From Candidatus Babeliales bacterium (GTDB lineage: Bacteria > Babelota > Babeliae > Babelales > JACPOV01), in contig JAGVLQ010000026.1 of the NCBI GenBank assembly GCA_020054235.1, positions 505-64,504 on the forward strand: a stretch of DNA of 64,000 bases, given 5' to 3'. Under the pieces are notes generated by a model that saw only the letters and a list, made by a program, of their open reading frames with translations, was not told where the DNA came from and did no database searches. A program made the position numbers and the translations under genes. Position 1 is the stretch's first letter; the number at the start of each line of letters is the position of its first letter. Below, piece by piece: positions 58,615-64,000 of the stretch.

Positions 58615-58863
58615 ATGGAAGGTGTGTATATAGCAAAGGCCGCAGCGGCCATCGCAGCAGCTTTGGCTATGGGGATAGGAAGTTTGATGCCTGCATATGG
58701 CCAAGGAATAGTTGGTGCTAAAGCATGTGAAAATATTGGTAAATATCCAGAAAGTGCCCGTGATATTAGAAATGCTATGATGATGGCTATGGGTATGATC
58801 GAAACATCAGCTATTTATGCCTTATTAATTTCCGGTGCACTTATAGTTTTTGGGTTACGCTAA
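58615..58863 (+). CDS. atpE: F0F1 ATP synthase subunit c
   Basis: Two hydrophobic helices, PAYGQG, loop IGKYPE, IETSAIY. Confidence 0.92.
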   Translation: MEGVYIAKAAAAIAAALAMGIGSLMPAYGQGIVGAKACENIGKYPESARDIRNAMMMAMGMIETSAIYALLISGALIVFGLR

Positions 58864-58881
58864 AAAAGGTATGTTTGGTAC

Positions 58882-59253
58882 ATGACGCTCAATGCTACGG
58901 TTATTGTACAAATTTTTCATTTTATAATTGCATATTTTATTATTGATCGTTTATTTTTATCAAAAGCGGTTGCTCTTATTCAAAAAGAGAAATCAGAGCA
59001 AGAAACTCTGATGCGTGCTATTCAGAAAGAGAGAGATGCCGTTGCTCGTAAGCAGCATGAAAAAAACTTAGCGTGGCAAGAATTTCAGCGTCAATTTCAG
59101 CATACAGCACCAAGTCTTTTAGAGCGGCCCCTATATGCTCAGTATGAAAAAAAAGTTCCTCAATGTACGAAGGTAACCGAGCATGAGATCAATGAATATG
59201 TTGCAAGATTACAAAAACTTTTGATGGAAAAGGTTATTGATGATTGCACATGA
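58882..59253 (+). CDS. ATP synthase subunit b'-like
   Basis: LNATVIVQIFHF N-terminal transmembrane helix, then a coiled coil; lies between atpE and atpF. Confidence 0.65.
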   Translation: MTLNATVIVQIFHFIIAYFIIDRLFLSKAVALIQKEKSEQETLMRAIQKERDAVARKQHEKNLAWQEFQRQFQHTAPSLLERPLYAQYEKKVPQCTKVTEHEINEYVARLQKLLMEKVIDDCT

Positions 59254-59734
59254 TGTTATAGCGTTTATTTTTAAAGTTATTAACTTTGGGGCTCTTTTTG
59301 GTTTAGGTGCCTATTTTTTTTGCAAAAAATTTAAAAAACAAATCAAGGCAAAGATAGAAGAAAAAGAAGTTTTTTGGCACAATTTAAAAACGAATAAAAT
59401 AAATCTTATTAATCAACAAAACGTTTTGACCACTGAAATTTCTATTCAGCAACAGTATGCGCAAGAATTGCTAAAAAAAATTGCACAATGGAAGAGTGTT
59501 TCTTTAAAAAATCAGGAATTGCTTTCCAAAGACTTTCAAGAAAATGCTGATCGAGCGTATAAAAGAGCTCTTAAGGTTCAGGATTTTCGTAAGCAGCGAG
59601 AATTATTTGAACATGTTGCACCAAGAGTTTTGAAAAGCTCCCATGAAGAATTGGATCATTATTATGGTCAAGACTATCATTCAGAAAAATATTTAGGGCA
59701 TATTATCAATTTTATGGAAAAAGAGAAACCATGA
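59237..59734 (+). CDS. atpF: ATP synthase subunit b
   Basis: FKVINFGALF transmembrane helix, coiled coil, operon position. Confidence 0.7.
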   Translation: MMIAHDVIAFIFKVINFGALFGLGAYFFCKKFKKQIKAKIEEKEVFWHNLKTNKINLINQQNVLTTEISIQQQYAQELLKKIAQWKSVSLKNQELLSKDFQENADRAYKRALKVQDFRKQRELFEHVAPRVLKSSHEELDHYYGQDYHSEKYLGHIINFMEKEKP

Positions 59735-60282
59735 ATATACAAGAAAATATGCTTGCACGTCGCTATGCATTAGCCTTCTTAAATATTTATGGGAATACAT
59801 TTTCTTTAGATAATTATTATGCGGTAAAAAAAGCATACCAGTTTTTAAAGAATAATCGTGACATTAAATCGCTTTTTAAGCTTCCTGATGTGGAAAGTGC
59901 CAAAAAAGAATGTATAAAAAAAATTATTGAAGAGTTTTCTTTGCCAGTATCTTTGTATGCCCTTGTAGATCTTTTATTAAAGAATCAGAGACTATTTTTG
60001 TTAACTGAAATTTTTGGGTATATTCTCGAGTGCTATGCTAATAGTCATAATATTTTAGAGTTTTCTTTTGAAAGTTCTCATCAGCTTACAGCAGATCAAC
60101 TTTCATGTATAAAAAAATTTCTTGAGAAAAAGACTAAAAAAACTATCTTATACAAAGAGACAATAAACAAGAAATTGATTGCTGGTATTCGCCTGTTAAG
60201 TAATTCCTTGCTTTGGGAGCACTCAGTTGCACAGCAATTGCAAAAAGCAGGACAACTTTTACGTTCCAAGGAACGACGATGA
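59731..60282 (+). CDS. atpH: ATP synthase subunit delta
   Basis: LARRYALAF, LL.N.RL.LL.EI, LIAGI...SV..QL. Confidence 0.85.
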   Translation: MNIQENMLARRYALAFLNIYGNTFSLDNYYAVKKAYQFLKNNRDIKSLFKLPDVESAKKECIKKIIEEFSLPVSLYALVDLLLKNQRLFLLTEIFGYILECYANSHNILEFSFESSHQLTADQLSCIKKFLEKKTKKTILYKETINKKLIAGIRLLSNSLLWEHSVAQQLQKAGQLLRSKERR

Positions 60283-61781
60283 TGTTAAAAAGTTCAGATC
60301 TTATTTCTTTATTTCAAAAGTCCCTAGGGCAAGGTATGCCAGAAAAATTAGATGAAATTGGCATTGTTATACAAGTTGGGGATAATATTTGCCGTGTGCA
60401 TGGCCTAAAAAATGTTGTCTTTGGGGAACTTGTTGATTTTGAAGGCGGTAATAAAGGAATAGTTCTTAATCTTGACGAAGATTATGTTTCAATTTTTTTG
60501 CTTGATATTCATTTACCTGTTAATGAGCTTGAAGTTGCTAAAAGAACCGGTAGCGTTTTTAAAGCGCCGGTTGGAATGAGTTTATTGGGACGCGTTATAG
60601 ACGCCACAGGAAAACCGCTTGATGGGTTAGGGGAGCTCAATCCAGAACGTATGCAACCAGTTGAGCAAGTTGCACCAGGAATTATTGAACGAAGCCCTGT
60701 TAATGAATCATTAGAAACTGGCATGATGGTGATTGATGCTTTAGTTCCTATTGGCCGTGGTCAACGCGAGTTGATTATTGGTAATCGTAATTCAGGAAAA
60801 AGTTCTATAGTGCTTGACACAATTTTGCATCAAAAAGGCAAAGGTGTATATTGCATCTATGTTTCTATAGGTCAGCGCGGTGCAAGTCTTGCAAAAATAA
60901 TTAATACTCTTCAAGAATATGGGGCTCTTGAATATACGGTGATTGTTAGTGCTGACGCTTCTGAAGCAGTTCTTAAACAATATTTAGCACCATATGTTGG
61001 TTGTGTTATTGGTGAATATTTCATGAATAAAGGACAGAATGCATTGATTGTTTATGATGATTTAAGTAATCATGCTATTGCATATCGCGAAATGTCATTA
61101 TTAATGAGGCGTGCACCAGGGCGCGAAGCGTATCCGGGTGATGTTTTCTACTTACATTCACGCCTTTTAGAGCGTGCAGGGAAATTGGCAAATGGTGGTT
61201 CACTTACTGCATTGCCAATTGTTCAAATCCAGGGCGATGATATTACCTCTTATATTCCGACAAATTTAATTTCCATTACTGATGGACAGATTTTTTTAGA
61301 TTCCCATTTATTTAATGAAGGTATTAGGCCTGCTGTGAACGTGGAGCTTTCAGTTTCGCGTGTTGGAGGCGCAGCACAAACAAAAGCTATTAAAAAGATG
61401 ACGCGTGCCTTACGCTTAGAGTTAGCGCAATATCATGAATTGCTCGATTTTGCTCAATTTGGTACCGAGCTTGATGTGGTAGCGCAAAAGAAACTAGAGC
61501 GTGGTGCTATTGCTGTAGAGCTCTTAAAGCAACCACAATTTGTTGGGTATTCTTTTGTTGATCAAGTTTTAATGCTCTTTTTATTAAAAGAAAACTTTTT
61601 GGATAGTATAGGCAAAGAGCAGGTAAATAACTTTGCCTTGCAGTTTGTTAGCTATGTAAAGGCTGTTTATCCAGAAGTGTATGAAACTATTTTAGAAACC
61701 AAGGACTTTTCTCAAGAGGTTGATGGCAAGGTCAAAGAAATTGCCAAAGAGTTTACTAAGATTTTTGTAACAAAATCATAA
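60279..61781 (+). CDS. atpA: ATP synthase subunit alpha
   Basis: PIGRGQRELIIG, YDDLS.HA.AYR, PGREAYPGDVFYLHSRLLERA, ISITDGQIFL. Confidence 0.97.
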   Translation: MMLKSSDLISLFQKSLGQGMPEKLDEIGIVIQVGDNICRVHGLKNVVFGELVDFEGGNKGIVLNLDEDYVSIFLLDIHLPVNELEVAKRTGSVFKAPVGMSLLGRVIDATGKPLDGLGELNPERMQPVEQVAPGIIERSPVNESLETGMMVIDALVPIGRGQRELIIGNRNSGKSSIVLDTILHQKGKGVYCIYVSIGQRGASLAKIINTLQEYGALEYTVIVSADASEAVLKQYLAPYVGCVIGEYFMNKGQNALIVYDDLSNHAIAYREMSLLMRRAPGREAYPGDVFYLHSRLLERAGKLANGGSLTALPIVQIQGDDITSYIPTNLISITDGQIFLDSHLFNEGIRPAVNVELSVSRVGGAAQTKAIKKMTRALRLELAQYHELLDFAQFGTELDVVAQKKLERGAIAVELLKQPQFVGYSFVDQVLMLFLLKENFLDSIGKEQVNNFALQFVSYVKAVYPEVYETILETKDFSQEVDGKVKEIAKEFTKIFVTKS

Positions 61782-61857
61782 GATCGATTTTGCGCTAAGC
61801 TTAAATTTGCCCTATACTTAGGGGTACTTGTCTTAATTATTCTTCAAAATTTTATGC

Positions 61858-61934
61858 GTGCCCGTAGCTCAGCTGGATAGAGCAACGGATTTCTAATCCG
61901 TAGGTCGTAGGTTCGAATCCTACCGGGCACACCA
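61858..61934 (+). tRNA. tRNA-Arg(TCT)
   Basis: GTGCCCG-TAGCTCAGCTGGATAGAGCA-ACGGA-TTTCTAA-TCCGT-AGGTC-GTAGG-TTCGAAT-CCTAC-CGGGCAC-ACCA cloverleaf. Confidence 0.96.
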
Positions 61935-63380
61935 CTCTTGGCAATCCGCTGTTTTTAGTATTACATCAAAGGGCTTATGCGCGTCGTAGAGCATCTTTTC
62001 GTCTTTTAGGCGTACGTTCGAAAGTACCAGCTTGATAAGCTGTCGTTTTTCCTCAACTTCAGAACTCACAAAAAGTTCATGAGCACGGGATGCTAGATCT
62101 ACTAAGAGTTTTGCCGTGATTGTGTAGTTGTCGTGAGCCTCGTCAATTTGTTCGAGTTTAATGGTTAAGGTAGTCAGTTCATCCTTCAGACTTTGATGAA
62201 ATCTGACATACTCGCTCTCAGTAATTCTCCCTTTTAATTTATCAAGGTATAAATTATCAAGCATGGTGCGGGTTTGCGTTTGTTTCTTTTTGAGCACGCT
62301 GACGTGATTGTCATAAAAATCTTGTTTCTCTTTTTCAAGCTCATTGAGCGTGGCAATAATTTGCTCAACAATATCCGGTGGCATTTGTAAGTTTTTAAAA
62401 ACAGCTTCAAATTGCCGGGTGAGCTCTTCTTCTCGTAACCACGGTGCATTATGTTTGCCGTTGTATTGGGTGCAATGGTAATAGACAAATCCTTTATGTT
62501 TTTCTGGTGTTATGGCTAAATCGCACTCTGCGCAGCGGATAAGGCCGCGGTAAATGTAGGGTTTGCCGGCGTATTTGATGGGTTTTTTATTAAAGTTCAT
62601 TTTGATTGCCTGCACTTGTTCAAAGAGGGTTTTGGTTATGATGGGTGGGTACTTGTGGGGATATTCTTTTTCATTCCACCTCATGATGCCACAATAAAAC
62701 TTTTGCTTCAAAAGATAATCGATGTAGCCTCGTGACCAATTGAGACGATATTCTTTCTTGAGTTTATCGCACAACAGTTGCATGGAATAACTGCCGGTTG
62801 CATAAAGCTCATACACAAGTTTGACTAATTGCGCTTCATACTCTTCTACAATAATGTCTGCTTTGCGGTTTTCCCTGCGTATGTTGCGGTAGCCGTAGGG
62901 TGCTTTTGCGGGCCATTCGCCAGCGCGTAATTTTTGTTCAAGCGCGCGACTTACGTTGTCACTAATGGCGTCTGAGTAATATTTTGCTAACCCCAAGCTG
63001 ATACCAAAGTGGAACTTTTCTGCTGCTGAAATGCCGCTGTTGATTACTTGACCGTCGGAAATAAAATGGAGTTCAACTTCATCCTTCAATGCTTTGTCAT
63101 AAAGATATGAAATGCGCTTATCAAACATGTTGCGCGAAAGGCGGTCAACTTTATCACAACACAATGCTATCTTTTCTTTTTGCATGTTTATGAATGCCAA
63201 GATTTGATCAAACTGCCCGCGTTCGTCAGTGTAGGCACTTTCATCAAAACTAAAACTTTGTATGATAGTAAAGTTTTTACTTTCGCAATAGTTTTTAAGC
63301 CGTGTGATCTGTGCGGGCAATGACAACCCGGCCTCTTTTTGTTCTTCGGTACTGACGCGTGCAATAATGATGGCATTCAT
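61920..63380 (-). CDS. Large serine recombinase (resolvase + recombinase + zinc-ribbon domains)
   Basis: ARVSTEEQ (catalytic Ser), [20 protein letters not shown]...YYHC, coiled coil. Start placed at [10 protein letters not shown]. The stop codon lies inside tRNA-Arg. Confidence 0.92.
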   Translation of the reverse strand: MNAIIIARVSTEEQKEAGLSLPAQITRLKNYCESKNFTIIQSFSFDESAYTDERGQFDQILAFINMQKEKIALCCDKVDRLSRNMFDKRISYLYDKALKDEVELHFISDGQVINSGISAAEKFHFGISLGLAKYYSDAISDNVSRALEQKLRAGEWPAKAPYGYRNIRRENRKADIIVEEYEAQLVKLVYELYATGSYSMQLLCDKLKKEYRLNWSRGYIDYLLKQKFYCGIMRWNEKEYPHKYPPIITKTLFEQVQAIKMNFNKKPIKYAGKPYIYRGLIRCAECDLAITPEKHKGFVYYHCTQYNGKHNAPWLREEELTRQFEAVFKNLQMPPDIVEQIIATLNELEKEKQDFYDNHVSVLKKKQTQTRTMLDNLYLDKLKGRITESEYVRFHQSLKDELTTLTIKLEQIDEAHDNYTITAKLLVDLASRAHELFVSSEVEEKRQLIKLVLSNVRLKDEKMLYDAHKPFDVILKTADCQEWCAR

Positions 63381-63793
63381 TGTGTAGGTCTTTCTTATTA
63401 CATGTTCGATAGTATTTGCAAATAAAGCTAAAAAGAGTGTACTGGAAAATTGTTTTTTTGATGAGTTTTTACTTTGTTCTTGCAATAGCCAATAAAATGT
63501 ATAAACTACAAAGCCATCTAAATGTTTACTAACAGGAGAAACCCATGAGTTGCGATATCATATTCTTTGCGCACTGCTCAACTATGCATGCCGAGTGCAT
63601 GTATGGCATTGGGATGGGTTCTACTTTAAAAAAAGTTCTAAATACTTTTCTTGCTAGAATCTAGCGCACTAGATTGCCCATCGGCAATTTAGAATTATCC
63701 CTTTTTACTTATTATTGTTTAAGTTCAAAAAAATTAGATAAAGCTTTTTAAGCTTTATATGAAAGATTGTTTTGTATGTTAAGAAACCGAACA

Positions 63794-64000
63794 ATGAGTT
63801 TGGTTTTGTCTTTTGATGAGCGTAAAAGGCTTGCAACATTATTTGTTTTGTTGGTTAAAGTTCATAAAAGAGTTGATGCTAATAAGAAAAGAAGCAAGAA
63901 ATCAAAAAAAGCACAAACTAAACACCAAGAAAAAGGCCCGTACATTCGCGGGCCTTTATTTTTTTTGCCTACTCCTGTACTCTTGGGAAAAAACATCAGC
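63794..64000 (+). CDS. 3'-partial basic hypothetical protein of the element
   Basis: Open frame MSLVLSFDERKRLATLFVLLVKVHKRVDANKKRSKK... running to the window end. Confidence 0.4.
   Translation, partial: MSLVLSFDERKRLATLFVLLVKVHKRVDANKKRSKKSKKAQTKHQEKGPYIRGPLFFLPTPVLLGKNIS

Larger units (their letters stand above)
61920..64000. mobile_element. Left end of a putative integrative element at tRNA-Arg, extending beyond the window
   Basis: The recombinase converges on and overlaps the tRNA 3' end. No second att copy is visible in the window. Confidence 0.65.

Noticed and set aside
63381-63485. 35-aa N-terminal extension of the recombinase from TTG 63485
   Set aside because: Serine recombinase catalytic domains begin a few residues before the RVS motif, so ATG 63380 fits better.
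63932-63966. Hairpin AAAGGCCCG-TACATTCG-CGGGCCTTT plus a T tract as a terminator
   Set aside because: Plausible, but it lies inside an open frame that runs off the window, so it cannot be assigned confidently.

Overview
AT-rich bacterial chromosome segment. It resembles Candidatus Dependentiae/Babelota (TM6), intracellular parasites of protists. This is an inference from ankyrin, WD40 and beta-helix secreted proteins, many signal-peptide orphans and a fragmented atp operon, not from a database match. The backbone is housekeeping genes (tal, leuS, mnmE, ruvA, a tandem double Ddl, orn, priA, uvrB, recO-like, MscS/MscK, recD2, deoxynucleoside kinase, atpE-F'-F-H-A) plus tRNA-Gly(GCC) and tRNA-Arg(TCT). 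Accessory highlights: (1) three adjacent small proteins with hydrophobic N-termini (42.7-43.5 kb) that all end in -KSKL*, a canonical peroxisomal targeting signal (PTS1); (2) an ~8 kb plus-strand island (44.3-52.4 kb) with a signal-peptide polymorphic toxin ending in a colicin E3-like RNase tip, a six-gene immunity-like array and four domain-shuffled secreted paralogues; (3) a large serine recombinase whose stop codon lies inside tRNA-Arg, marking the edge of an integrated element; (4) an MNT/HEPN toxin-antitoxin pair next to tandem SAMHD1-like HD hydrolases; (5) several REP-like palindromic elements. All family calls come from reading motifs by eye; no searches were run.
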